DNA of 61,420 nucleotides, the filler included, from Choristocarpus tenellus KU-1152 (lineage: Eukaryota; Protista; Phaeophyceae), in NCBI GenBank assembly GCA_964200185.2. It is 12 parts of 12 records of this genome, joined end to end, with 100 filler letters (N's around TTAATTAATTAA, not from the genome) between each part and the next. Parts side by side here need not be neighbours in the genome. Positions count along the whole stretch, not along the records: positions 39,886 to 47,969 come from CAXNAD020005175.1; positions 48,070 to 51,090 come from CAXNAD020022881.1; positions 51,191 to 53,824 come from CAXNAD020026102.1; 9 more parts are not named here. One strand, written 5' to 3'. The translations under genes and the position numbers were made by a program. Below the pieces are notes generated by a model. That model searched no databases and was not told the DNA's origin. It saw only the letters and a program-made list of their open reading frames with translations. Shown in pieces: positions 40,947-53,591 of this stretch (position 1 is the first letter of the stretch; every line of letters begins with the position of its first letter).

Positions 40947-41205
40947 GAGTCGAAGTATTTTTAAGGGTAGAGCCGCATCCATTTGGGGGTCAAAATCCAA
41001 TGTTGTGATTTGGATTAAACTTTGGCTATTGTGTTTGTTGGAAAGTGGTAATATCCTTGGTTCTGTACACCCATTTTCATAACTGAACATTTAACCCACT
41101 TCCAGAACATTTAGGAGTAGTGAAGATGTCATAAGAACCCGTGGAAAGCTAAACCTCAAATGGACGAACAGGGCAAAACTCGTACCTTCCAAGATACTTT
41201 CGCTC
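40947..41205 (-). mobile_element. MITE family A (259 bp), TSD ACT
   Basis: GAGTCGAAGTATTTT...AAGATACTTTCGCTC flanked by ACT/ACT. Confidence 0.88.
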
Positions 41206-41479
41206 ACTTGTAGAGGGGGTTTCAAGCATGTTCAATGCGTACAACACAGACATGCTCGAGAGGGTGTGGCAGTCTGTTTAAGAAGTACAATCAGGAGTTA
41301 AAGGGCGCTGGGGGGGAACGATTTCAAGGTAGAGCACACCAGGACCATAAAAGGGTAGCGAGAGGGCAGGCTGGCTAGATCAGTTGAGTAGATCAAGTGG
41401 CCTCCGTGGCGACCCTGGATTGGTGGGTTAACGGTGTCGAATAAAGGCGTGACATAGTTTTTTTAAGTGGAATATTCCA

Positions 41480-41656
41480 GGCCCGAAGTATCTGGTGGGG
41501 GGGGGTCTACAGCAGGGTGTCCATTTGGGCCATAACCAGGAAACGTTCACTTACATTACGCATTCAACGTATGCAACCAAATCACCAAAAAATCACGACA
41601 TGAGCAAAATGGCCCCAAATGGACAGTCGCCACCCCCCCCCCAGATACTTTGAGCC
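41480..41656 (+). mobile_element. MITE family B, complete (177 bp), TSD TCCA
   Basis: GGCCCGAAGTATCTGG...CCAGATACTTTGAGCC flanked by TCCA/TCCA. Further B ends at ~27951, 35087-35124, 39743, 47932, 53090-53207 and 58674-58772. Confidence 0.88.
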
Positions 41657-42699
41657 TCCAGGGGATCCAATGCAAAGGTCAATTTCTTAATTGGAGGTCT
41701 TCCTGAAGAGCTATAACTTAATCACCCAGACTTATGTAACAGAGGGAGAATATATCATGCCCTCTGACATTTTGCAGATGTACCAGGGAAAAAGCCAAAC
41801 CAATATCACAAAGACCCCTGTAAAAGTAAAAAATGTCATTAATAGTAATACTTGTGGGGGTTACATATTATTAAGCCCTCTCGTAGAAAGCAGGGTTGTC
41901 TGTTACCATATTGTTGTTAGAGGCATACCATGTAACAACATAATGATTGAGGTTCTTTCTCAAGAACTTTAGTTCAACTGCTGTTTAGGATGTTTGGAAG
42001 GATTGCTTTCCGTGACTTCCTGTCACATCTCTTTCACGAGCACAATTTCAAAGGCAGATCTCCCATTTCTGTGAGGGGTTTCTTTCTGAACCCCGTCCAA
42101 AGTTATCCTCTCTACTTCCTCATTCCTTATCTTCATGTCCAACCATAACCTTGTCCTCTTGGTTACAACTCGTCTTGGTACGTCTCGCCCTTCTTACCTG
42201 GTGATATCTTCACCACCCTTGCCTCTGTGAACCTCACTGCCACAGAATCAGGTGATTCACGTTGTGACTATCTTATAAATTCAGATGTGGGATGATGGAT
42301 AAAACTCTAGTAATAAATATGTGTAACTCAAGAACTCAAAAACTATATCATCCGTAAGAGCGCCCAACTAATTTGGCCTTGGAAACAAAAGAAAAAGTTA
42401 AGACCGATGAAAGTGAGTCTGTCCAAGATATGGAATCATCCACGAATAATGGCTCAACACATGTTATTCCTCGAACTCCTCCTCCTCATCATCCAACAGC
42501 TCCTAACCTGCGGATTGCAGACAACAGCAATCCTCCCCATCCCCTCCAGCGGATCATCAGGGTGGTGTAGGAGCAGTGTAGTCATCCTCCAAGGACCATG
42601 TCAGTGCAGACGACCATGACACCCACTGTCCTTTTTCACGACAGCCCAATTTACTCTCCTCATTCACTGCTCAGGATGTGGCCGTCTTGCAGGCACAGT

Positions 42700-44050
42700 T
42701 CAGCAATGCCATCCATGTGTTCATGCGGACCACATCAATGAGTGTGCAAGAATCAATACTGTACCGCCCTGACAGTTTCAGGAACTCCTGAAAGTCCAGG
42801 CTCGTGGATGTAGCTCCAATCACAGTCATACAGGCGATCAGTGCAATCCTTGATTGGCAAGAACGTCACTTGCCCCACAACAACCTGTGCACCATTCCAG
42901 CAAGACACTACACGATAAGAAGCCCCACTCAACAAGTACATGAAAATTGCTACTCTTTTGTTCTCTATGTGGACCTGGAGCAATTGCTCAAGGAGCAGGA
43001 GTCCGAGTTTGGACCATATTTCAGAGGCTGCAATAATTGCTCGTATGTTGGAAGAACGAGTTTTTGGGATATTCAGCCCACCTGAGTTGTTGTACTCCGA
43101 CCAATGTACCAAATTTGAGTTGCAGTCTGCCTTTGGCTACAAGAAAACCAAAACCACACCGGATCACCCTCAAGGAAGTTCAGTGTTAGAGAGAGTACAT
43201 GCTACATTGCATTATATGCTAGCAATGTGTATCTCCGTTCCTGAGCATAGCTGGGCATCACTACTGCCTTCATAAAGCCAGACGGTAACATGGTCTTCTG
43301 TGCAAAGTTGTTTAAAACCTTGATTTTCTTCTGTTTAGAAAATAAGCTCGATTGCCCATTGATATTATCCTTGGTTCTTCTACATGCTGATTCAGATATC
43401 ACTACTGAAGAGTTTACTCAAACCAAACGTTATTGACAGCTTGCACTTGAGTTAGTACACCACAACCTCCGTAACACATTAAATATCAGGAAGATGCCAA
43501 CCAACATCTTGTGTTCCCCGTGTTCATGCCTAGCTCAAAAGTTATAGTTCATAGGCCACATGAGAGCACTGATGGTCCAAATCCAAAGTTTCTTCGCCTT
43601 TGAAGGTGTCCCTACAAAGTACATTCTAAGCATCACCCATCATGTACAGGGTCATATTTCCTGGAAATCTACATTCATTTTCCGTTCATGTGGGTAGAAT
43701 GAAACGTTGCTATACCTGATTCCTACATCCCACACCAGACTTGAATGAACTGGACATTCTGTTTTGGGGGAAAATATTACCCTTGCTGGATGTTAACTAT
43801 CAATCCTCTCAACACATTAATAACAAGTACACTATTGATTGGCAATGTTGGATATAGACCTGATCCTGGTTGTCATTCATCCACAAATGCTATCTATTGC
43901 CTTCATCTTTGTTACTATGGATCCTCCTGTGACCTTCACAAAAGAGCAGAATAGATCCTACAACAACCGAACCAGTCAGTTTTTGACATTTTTCGAAGAT
44001 ACGCGGAATCCGTGTCTTGATGAGGTTGATCCAGATTCAGGTTGAAAAAC
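42700..44050 (+). mobile_element. Degenerate Ty3/Gypsy integrase region
   Basis: IARMLEERVFGIFSPPELLYSDQ...KTTPDHPQGSSVLERVHATL (rve core), followed by a GPY/F-like DGPNPK...PYKV...VHVGRMK segment. Many stops. Confidence 0.75.
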
Positions 44051-45503
44051 GTTTTACAGAAAATTCAAAGCCCTAGAAAAACTCTACAATGCTAGCCCAA
44101 GCTAAACAAAGTAAGTATTTAGTCGTTTTGTGTAACAACAATGATCTCTGCGAGTAAAAAACTTAACAATATGTGGAGGGCATTATAAAATTTAAAATTG
44201 TGTTGCATGAACCAGTATGTGTATGGTTCACACATACAAGTAACTGTAGGAAGAGTCAGGCAAGGTGGGCGGGTCAACATGAGTTGGGTTTTTGCTAGGT
44301 CAGGTATGCATGTGCAAGACCACAGGGAATAACACCAAAAGAATCAGGAAATGAGTGCAAAGTTTCCATACCCTTCTGTTGGAGGGTCTTCATTGCTTTA
44401 GACACTCAAGATATAGACCATCATACACACACTCCAAAAGCGACAACAGCTTCAGAAGTTCTGATTGAAAAAAGAAAATCCCTCGTTGTGAATCGCACCT
44501 CAAAGCCAACAACAAAATGACCTCAGCAGATTTCGCCATGTTGCATCCACAACAGCCTATTTACCTCGTCCCTCCCGATATGTTACCGGTATAAACCACT
44601 ACTACAGCCTACATATCATGCAAGAAAAAATGCAATAGACCCACGCAATAATGGGGGAAAACAGTTACTCAAAAGCAAAAGATGTACTGACAAGCTGTAC
44701 CCAGTGAAGAGAAGTAAGAGACTAAGGGAACCTTGTCAGGCTCCCAAAGTCCAAGTACCGATCAAGCTGCCCATGGAAAATATAGGTTCTCAGCGTAACT
44801 CTAGTTGAACATTCCACTGACCATCACATCAACTTGGAATGGCACAAATCCTCTTTCAAGTATGTCTACCTGACAAACTAACAGAACTAACTCACCGCAG
44901 GTATAAAATACTATCCGTCCCCAGGGATACTCTGCAGATGCAAGGGTGCAATATGAAATGCCAAGATGCAATGCATCAAACATAACGCAAATTCACACCA
45001 ATCAAACCTAGGATGATAGCAGTTTTTCGAAATCAACATCAAAAAGGAACCACCAGCGGCCAAAGAGAGACTCAACCCCAATTGAGATGGGTAACCATTT
45101 CTCGAAAAAGCAGTTTCTTGACTCATCAAGACGTCTCTTTATGTTACACATAGAGTTTAACTCAGACTACTCAAAATTTCACACACACGCGAGACACACT
45201 TTATACTTGGGTGTAGTCAAAATTGAGCGGCATCAAAACACTCTTGTCCTCCAGACTCTCTTCACCCTTGAGGTAACCACGACCTTTTAGCTCTGGCCAC
45301 TGACATCCACCTCTCTCCTCCTCCTCCTACTTCCATCTCAGTCCAACATATGTGACAAAAATGAAATACTGTAGGTGCTTTATGTGTCAGGTTCGTTCAA
45401 ATACAGCACGTGAACACTCCCAAAGTCAAAAGTACAAAGAGCACTGCAGTTGAAATCCGTGGATACCATTTCAAGAATGACGGATCCCCAGATATGGCAA
45501 GCA

Positions 45504-47295
45504 TCAGAGGAAGCTCATTCCCTGCTTGGTCATCTTTGACATCATTGCATCCATCCCAGTCCTACCTCCCTCACTTCCTTCCCTGTTCCCTGTCCCATTT
45601 CCGTTGTCCTTGTGAAAAATAACTTGTTTGAGATTCTGGTCAACTTCTTCTGAAGGACGCTTTTCGGTCGCAACACCGACAACCCTCGCAGGCACACCAG
45701 CAGCGGTGGTATGTGGGGGAAGACTCCTCAAAACCACAGAGCCTGCCGCAATCTTTTTAGAGCAAGGGAGGGAAGGCAGTCAAGGAATACTCTGAAGAAA
45801 CGAGCTGGGTGGTCATTTCTGATCCTTACAATTGCTTGAGCATAAAATACTAGGCACAAATTCATTTGACATGATGACTTTTTTTATGTTGATGAAAATC
45901 GTTGCATGATTGAGTAGAGGATATGATCCATGGTATAACACACCCCTTGGAATTAAATGTAAATTGATCACTCAAATTGAAGGCAATTACTCCTAAAGCA
46001 TATATACACATTCCTTAATTAGATTATTTAGTGACACTTAGGACAGCGACACATGGCGAGGTTGTATGCTGCAAGCAGCCAGTCAGTTACACAAAAAAAT
46101 ATGGGGGCAGAAATGGTGATGCACAGCCTACTCTGACTTGGGACATGAGGCGAGCATTTCATCAACAAACTATGCACTTAGCGAAAATGCGCAGAGATTA
46201 ATCGTGCCACATATTTTCTCCATTTTTGATTTCTTCGTCTTCCCTTGAGGAGAAAGGTTACATGGAAATTATTCATCTCAGTTGAGGATTCCTGATAGTT
46301 GGATAGGGGCGACAGCACGAGAGGGTTCTGTATGCACTACTTGGTAGATCCCACCTTACAGCCATCGCCCACAGATATGTTGCCCAGGATCATAGTACCT
46401 GCCCCCACCAGAATGCCACATCCCAGCTTTGGGTGCCTGTCTCCCCGTTCCTTGCCTGTCCCTCCGAGTGTTACTCCGTGAAGGAAGGTGCAGTTATCCC
46501 CAACCACAGCCGTTTCACCGAAGACCACACAGGTCGCGTGATCTACCATAATCCCTTGACCCAGCTTGCATGCGGGGTGTATATCCATGCCGAAGACCTC
46601 AGACACCCTACTCTGAATTGCAAGGGCCAAGACCTTTCGTCCCTCATGCCATAAGACGTTAGCCACACGACTCGCTTCGAGGCCCAGGAAGCCCCTGAGA
46701 CTCGTCGACAAAGTTTCAGCGAGAGTTTTCTTGTAAGGTAGGGTAAGGGAAGGGAGGGCGCGGTGACATGGAGCTCACACAAGCGCTGACTATTGGCAGG
46801 CTAGCCAAAGCTTTGCGAGTGTAAGCGCTCACTTGAAGTTGAGGAAGGCGTGCGCCAGACCCTCGCATGCTGGATCCCTCTCGAGGATGGCATTTATGTC
46901 TGCACGGAGGCATTTGCCCAGTGAATCAGTGTGAGTACGAAGTAGCGTGGCGAACAGGCCATCCCAGGTTTCCACCGAAACTGAGTCGTTTCCAAGCTTG
47001 CATGCGAGATGTGTTGCCAGGGCACGCTCAAAAGTGTCGTACTGAAGAATAGTCTTTCGAAGGTACCTTTCCAAGGCCGGCTCTTCTTGTATCTGTTGTT
47101 TTATAATTCGGCATGTCACACAAATCAGGCTGAGCACAACACAAACAACCCCCCTTCTCACCGAACCAAGAATGATACGAACACTTCAGAGCAAACCTCA
47201 TCCCTCACCATTTGTGCAGCCTCCTTCTGAATGGTCATCCACATCGGACACAGTGTGCATTTGGAATCCACACTATCCACAACAGTAGTAGCCAT
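45504..47295 (-). CDS. cysE: Serine O-acetyltransferase (CysE/SAT), 4 exons, 311 aa
   Basis: Exons 47209-47295, 46833-47092, 46355-46694 and 45504-45752 total 936 nt with consistent phases. Motifs: ERDPAC, DIHPA..G.GIMVDHAT, HGVTLGGTGKERGDRHPK, and left-handed beta-helix hexapeptides. Confidence 0.93.
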
Positions 47296-47398
47296 CACAT
47301 GCAGGTTACGTACTACTACTAATGGAGTCTACGGCTGTGAACATGTGTTGGAGAGTTGACCCTTCATACTTTCCTCAACTCCAAGTTTCTAAGGATAA

Positions 47399-47423
47399 TA
47401 TTATTATTATTATGATTATTATG

Positions 47424-47461
<38 letters not shown>

Positions 47462-47466
47462 GATTG
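47399..47466. repeat. (ATT)n microsatellite just upstream of SAT
   Basis: About 22 ATT/ATG triplets. Confidence 0.9.
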
Positions 47467-48601
47467 TTCACTTCTTTATGTATCATATATTTTTCCTTTC
47501 TATTTATCCTGTCATTGTGTGGTGTCGTTCACTCGGACAACGGTCGTCAAGAGAATCACTGGGCAAGACGAACCGACACAAACTATAACCGACAGGACAA
47601 AGCTAACGTTGGACAAGTGTAGAGACTACAGAGAACTGCAGATAATTCCAGAGCGGTCAGAATCTCGTGAGAGGGAGATCAAGAAATGAGAACACAGGGG
47701 ATCATTGATGTTTGGCAACTCTGAATCAAGAGGGGACCTTTATCTGTGGGACCATTTCTTGAAGAGATTCCATTAATGCAATCTCGTGAAAGATCCTCCA
47801 CTAGAATCCGGGATTCCTGACAAGGGATATCAATCAGTATGACGGTATACGGCATACAACAATAACGGTACGATAACAGACAACCCTGCTTTCCACATCA
47901 CCCCCTCTTCTGATCAGCAGTCTAGAAGTCAGACCCTAAGTATCTGGGAGGGGGGGGGGTCTACACCAGNNNNNNNNNNNNNNNNNNNNNNNNNNNNNNN
48001 NNNNNNNNNNNNNTTAATTAATTAANNNNNNNNNNNNNNNNNNNNNNNNNNNNNNNNNNNNNNNNNNNNCCTGCACAGCGCAACGGGCCCGGGGCAAGGG
48101 GGGGGAGGAAGAAAAATGAATCGACCCTCCCCCCCCCCCCCCCCCCCCCTCCTCATTCATCATCTACTGTATTATTTTCTCGAAATCTCATCTTCGGAGA
48201 ACACAATAGCGGCACAGAGCACCAAACAAGCACACACACACACACACACATACACACACACACACACAGCAACACAGTCGAATGAACAGATATAATAGAA
48301 GGCGTTATCTCCGTGGTGGTGCTCCGATACATGTGTGTCACAATGAAAAAGAAAAAAATGGGACACTCTCCTTCAACTCGAGAACTAGAGGCCTCTCTCT
48401 CTCTTCCACGTTCAAACTTGACGAACCAGGACTGAGGTAGATCTCATCCCAGAGTTTTTGTTATTCCATTGCCTTTGCGCAAGATAGGTAGGAATAAAGT
48501 TTTTCGATCAGTCCGTGGCAGTGACATGTACCCTCCTCCCCCCCCCCTCCCCCCCCCCCAGTCCAGGCCACCCTCCGTCTCTCGACCTCACAAGTGAAAT
48601 G

Positions 48602-48783
48602 ATTTAACTTCTAGATGTTTCCCCTTCGCTATCTTCATAGAACAGGCTCGATTAAATTGTGAAATATATTACTATTTAACTTCTAGGTGTGTCCTCTTCA
48701 TTGTCTCTAAAGAACGGGTTTCAACTACATGGTGAAATTTACAATTTAACTTCTAAATATATCCTCTTTACAATATTCAGAAG
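48602..48783. repeat. Diverged ~71-bp tandem repeat, ~2.5 copies
   Basis: ATTTAACTTCTA anchors at 48602, 48674 and 48744. Confidence 0.6.
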
Positions 48784-50023
48784 TACTCTGTTAAGCATCT
48801 ACCACTCCTGTATTATGAAATAGTTAAATCGCCAAGTAGATCAGACCGATTGGGCTCCTGCCAGGAAAAGGTATATATCCAGGAGTACGGTGTTGATAAA
48901 TGCAACAAGAATATGGCACAAACTAGATTTTAGGGGCGCCCAAAACAAAACAAGATAGAGTTGGGGTGTATTGTGCACTGAACCAATAGGGCATGGTCAC
49001 TCTCCAGCCACCCCTACCCCTTCAAGAACTTGACATAACCTTGTACACAATATACAAGTACAGTACTCACAGAAAACGTGACGTGGATCCATCCCCAACC
49101 CCTGCATTCCCACATCATTTTGAGAGGGAGGAGGGGGACAAGGAAAACAGCACAAAAATCCCATATCGTGCAGCAGCAAACTGTACCAAAAATCGACTCT
49201 TGTGTTAGGAGCGAGATGATAGAACTGCGATTGACCATAGTGACAAACGAAACTCAAAGATCAAAGACCTTGTGCTGTGTCACCTGCTTCTTGATCCAAA
49301 GTCCAACGTTTACTCTCTGCTTCCCAATCCTCTGCCTCAGAGCCTTCAGTACTGCATCGGTAATATCTCCATCCCTAGCCCTAGCCCTAGCCCTAGCCCT
49401 GGGCCTAACCCGAACTCTGTAGCCCCTTCTCAACTTCATACCTCGTACTGACTCCCAACCTCAACCCACACACCCCAAAGAACCGAAATATACCCGTGAT
49501 TGACGAGTGCACCCTGAGGCGGGTATTAGTACACCCTCTATCCAATCAATGCCGTCATGCAGAAGAAAAATAACTCACAGGAAAGCAATACCAATCAGAT
49601 AGTAGAGTGTAGGGGTATCGATGGAGTCAGCCCTTCGGTGACAGAGCATTTGGCAGAAGGTCAGAAGCTAACCATCAGAGCTGTGCTAAGACTGAAGCTA
49701 CGTTATTGAATCGAGAGGTTCGCGAAGAGTGGACTGTGTGCGTGCTTGCACTGGGGGTTGCCTTCAACTAGGCAAGTTACGGTCAGTAGGGAAGTGATAT
49801 TTGTCTACCAAGGAAATTGAAGGCACAGAGTACTCACAAGTTCAACTCCAACGTGGAGATTAAGTACCGTCGGCGTGAATCACATGAGATATTGAGGCGA
49901 AATTGATGCACAAATGCACATGCTACAATGCCTCGCTTTGCTCGATAAACATCTGAAACTGGTGTTAACAAACATTATAGAGTTGAACAGCTACATATTC
50001 GACGAAGAAAGGCTATTGCTTAC

Positions 50024-50550
50024 CTGGTGAGCATTCGGCAAGGGTCCAAATACCTTCGATATTCCTTCCAGAAGAGCTTGGTCTGATTTGGAATCCACAT
50101 GCACCACGTACCTGCCATAGAAGATGATAGTGGAGGGAAGAGAATGGGTACGAACAAGCTTGCTGACACATTTCTCATGCTTACAGATACCTATTCAATG
50201 TTCAAAGTCTCCAAATATTTAGAGAGACGAAGGAGCGGGTGATCTCACGTGTTGCACTCCTCGTATAACGCCAAAAACATACGAGTGAACTGGGTTAGCG
50301 TCTGTTCTGGAGGGTGCCCCTTGCGCTGATAAACCATTATTCCGTAAGCTACAGTTGGTCCTGAGGTCGGATCCAGGCATGACTCCGGCGCCTCATACCC
50401 CTCCTCCAATTCCATTCCCATAGAACAACTATCGGGCACATTGCACAAAGATGCTGAGCTGAACCCTAGGAGAACAGTCACTACGACCACTAGAATCCAA
50501 CTCGCAATCGAACAGTAGGGCTGCCGTCCCCTTGCTCTTATCCAGGCCAT
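50024..50550 (-). CDS. Core-2/I-branching (GT14)/xylosyltransferase-like glycosyltransferase, first two exons
   Basis: Exon 50249-50550 (hydrophobic signal anchor; VAYGIMVY...FTRMFLALYEECNT) splices in phase to 50024-50111 (YVVHVDSKS), matching the GT14 'AY.I...LY...N.Y.IHVD.KS' pattern. Downstream exons were not identified. Confidence 0.68.
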
Positions 50551-51190
50551 AATAGTAGTCCGGCCTTTCTCCTTTCCGTTCAATACCTCTTCCACGGGGC
50601 CACAGGATTCACACCAAAACAAATCGTGATCGTGACCTTTGGTCACACCACGTTTACGCATATTGGCATGGGCAAAAAGACCAACAACTCAGTAACTCCA
50701 AGGTTCTATATACAAAATGTTCAAGATGGGAGCTCCATAAGAAATATCCAGGCTTTCTGGTTTCTCAAATATTTCAAATAAGAAGGATGCATACACCAAA
50801 AATAATACTACTGTATTAGAACCTTCACGATGTAAATGGAGAGAATGTACAGTTTGGGATGAGAACAACCATTCTACACGAACTACACCAACTTTAAAAG
50901 TTTTAGAGGAACAGACCCCACTTACTTGTGTTCTCTACTATACAACACAATAGTAGTGTTGTATATAGTTTTCATTGGTTTCCCCCCGACACATCAGCAA
51001 AATGTCAGAGGGCATAATAATAAAATGTGAGAGATAATGAAGTAAACTGAGTTTTGTGGGCGGGAGATTTCTGGTTGACTGGGGGCACAGNNNNNNNNNN
51101 NNNNNNNNNNNNNNNNNNNNNNNNNNNNNNNNNNTTAATTAATTAANNNNNNNNNNNNNNNNNNNNNNNNNNNNNNNNNNNNNNNNNNNN

Positions 51191-52930
51191 TTCACTCCAG
51201 TGATTGTGATTGCCCCCTTGAGCAGAGAACTTGGCACCTTTGACACCTCCATAGTGGTACTCGCGCCGAGTGTTCAAGGGGGCTCACATACACCACATTA
51301 TGGCTGACACTACTACTCCCACACCTACTGCACCAGTTAAGACCGGCAGCAGCACCAAGGAGAAGACAGCTTCACGGAAAGGCAAGAAGAAGACGACTGC
51401 CACAACACAAACCGAAGGAGGTAATGAGGGGGGTGCTATAAACGTCCAACCTCTACTGAGTCCCGTGTCTGCATCTGCGGACAGAGGCATCCCTGGTGGC
51501 TTGCTAGAGCAGGAAGGGATGGCGGAGCAACTGCTGAGGGAAGGCCCTGTCCGTAATTCGGGCCTCAACCGGTACAGCGTGTTGGGAGATGACCAAGAGG
51601 AGAAGGGTGAAGACAATACAGCGACTTCGTTCGATATCCAGACATACATGGACCGCCAGTTAGTCTATGCCAAGAAGATTGTGGACGAAGCAATGGAAGG
51701 AATTCCACATGACCAAGGTTTGGTCGCTGCAGCCATGCAAACATTAAACATGAAGATGAGTAATTCTTCCCCAGATTCAACTAACCCGTCTGTCTCTGAT
51801 CATCCTCACGGAATCTCCCTTGTCGTAAAGTACCCTTCTCACAAGGATTTACCCCCAATGCGTTTTTGGGACGTTCAGGAAGAAGGTTGTACGCCCGTAT
51901 CTAACTTTGGTAAGTTACTCATGATTTTCAAGAACCGAGTAGACGCTATTGCCATGGTGAAAGATAATCTGTTGAAGCAAATCACATCTCTACACGCAAA
52001 CAAATACTTGGGGATATGTGTATGTGTCTTTTTCAACACCAAATTCCTGGAGGTACCAGTCCTGACCAGGCAAGTGTTCAATCCTTCTACGAAACGTTCA
52101 ATGTAGCTTCATGGGAGGAATTTGTGACTGCTAGCCTGAAGGAATTTTCCGTGCCGAGTCCTTTGGACAGAACCTTCCAAAACATGATTGATATTTGTCA
52201 AGAACCGAAGGAGGATATTAGGACGTTTGCTAGGCGGGTAATTGAGTCAACTGATTCTTTCATACATGAGTTGAGAGTGAACCCGCACGACAGATGTGAC
52301 CTCGACGCCGTTGACCTTACCCCAGCCGCCCTGATTGCCCTACTTACGGACAGACCTCGATACTGCGTGTTCAATGTCGGTGTATGTTACCCGCGATTCT
52401 GGGGGTTTTGCGTTTGAATCCTCAACATAACAAGAACTTCGCTGCACTAGTTGATGCCGCGGTCGGCCAAGCGTCTGCCATGTCGAGTCTGGATAGAGGA
52501 TCTTTTGCTCATGTTGTGACCTCCAGCATATCCGTTGATAACCTGGAAAATTTACACCCAACAGACTTACTATTCTCCGATATTGGCCCGATCTGGACCA
52601 GGCTAACGCCGAAATTCGCCAATTGAAATCGAAAAGACGCATCCACGGGCCTGACAAATCTTGGCGACCATTCACCTCAACTTTTGCCAAGCCCCATGAT
52701 CCCCACCCAGTGTGTGACTTCGAAGGTTGTAATGTGAGGTCGAGGCTTGGACATTCGACAGAGGATTGTTGGGCCAACCCTGGGGGAAATAATTATCGTC
52801 CCTCATGGAAAGGTCGTGAACGTCCGTCCAGGAGGGACCCCCCCTTCTAGTCGGCCTCAAAGTCATGTGCACATGATTCGAGGTCGACCAAAAAGTGAAC
52901 TCTTGGAGCAAAATTGGAAACAGGTGTGAC
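51191..52930 (+). mobile_element. LTR retrotransposon 5' region: PBS-like site and frameshifted gag
   Basis: ...CA tag TGGTACTCGCGCCGAG (PBS-like, 51255) precedes ATG 51300. A low-complexity gag-like ORF with frameshifts ends in a zinc-knuckle-like CDFEGC...GHSTEDC. Confidence 0.55.
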
Positions 52931-53591
52931 TGTTGATATATCATTTCACCATTATATTAGACGACTTCATTAGTACAAAATGAGTTATAATATATAAACG
53001 AGGCATCAATGAAGAACTGGTCAGGACATCATTAGCCAAGGGTTGATGGTTTGTGGTCAGCATACCAATCATGATTATGAGGTCTGAGTGGCTCAAAGTA
53101 TCTGGGGGGGTGGCGGCTGTCCATTTGGGGTCATTTTTTTCATGTCGCGATTTTCATGTGATTGGTTGCATACGTTGGACGGATACTGTAAGTGCACTTT
53201 TCCTGGTCTCTATAAACAGTTCCAAGTTCCCTTGTATCAACTTTGGTGAAAGCATGAACATTGTAAACCCGTTTCCACATCGCGTGTCTTTCATGGCGCG
53301 CATTGTCGTAGAGGTAGTTCCCTCTGCTGCCAGCATGCGACTGGTCGCAATGCGAACCTTGGCCACTCATGAATCGCATGAACCCTCTATCCCAGCACAC
53401 GCGAGTTGTTAAATATTCGACCCCTCAACCCACCATACGAAACCAGTGCTTCATTGAGATTTGTCATAGACGTAGACACGGCACAGGTTATGTGTACAGC
53501 ATGTGCATGCAAGCACTCGCTGCTTAATGAAAAACCACACACCCCACACCCCTGCCATTTGTGCTTTCTCCCTCTTATACAACCCTAATCT

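Larger units (their letters stand above)
40161..41445 (+). pseudogene. Tc1/mariner (plant DD39D-like) transposase pseudogene interrupted by two MITEs
   Basis: After removing the MITEs: HIPKVMFISTV..DPPHDFNLKIGIW...QDSATLH...GWNIKLVTEPVQSPDLNVIDLG...YGTVDELVEGVSSMFNAY...LERVWQS, with stops and frameshifts. Confidence 0.8.

Noticed and set aside
35777-41205. Repeat-spacer array formed by the ~258-bp repeats
   Set aside because: Irregular spacing, both orientations, TIRs and TSDs show these are independent insertions.
47322-47588. Poly-Ile membrane-protein ORF
   Set aside because: It is a translation of the (ATT)n microsatellite.
18220-49100. Peptide GMDPRHV shared by two minus-strand ORFs (~18225-18245 and ~49076-49096)
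   Set aside because: Flanking residues do not align, and a 7-aa match is plausible by chance across six frames of 61 kb.
45504-50550. Functional clustering of SAT with the glycosyltransferase (or any cross-gap synteny)
   Set aside because: They are separated by an artificial contig join.
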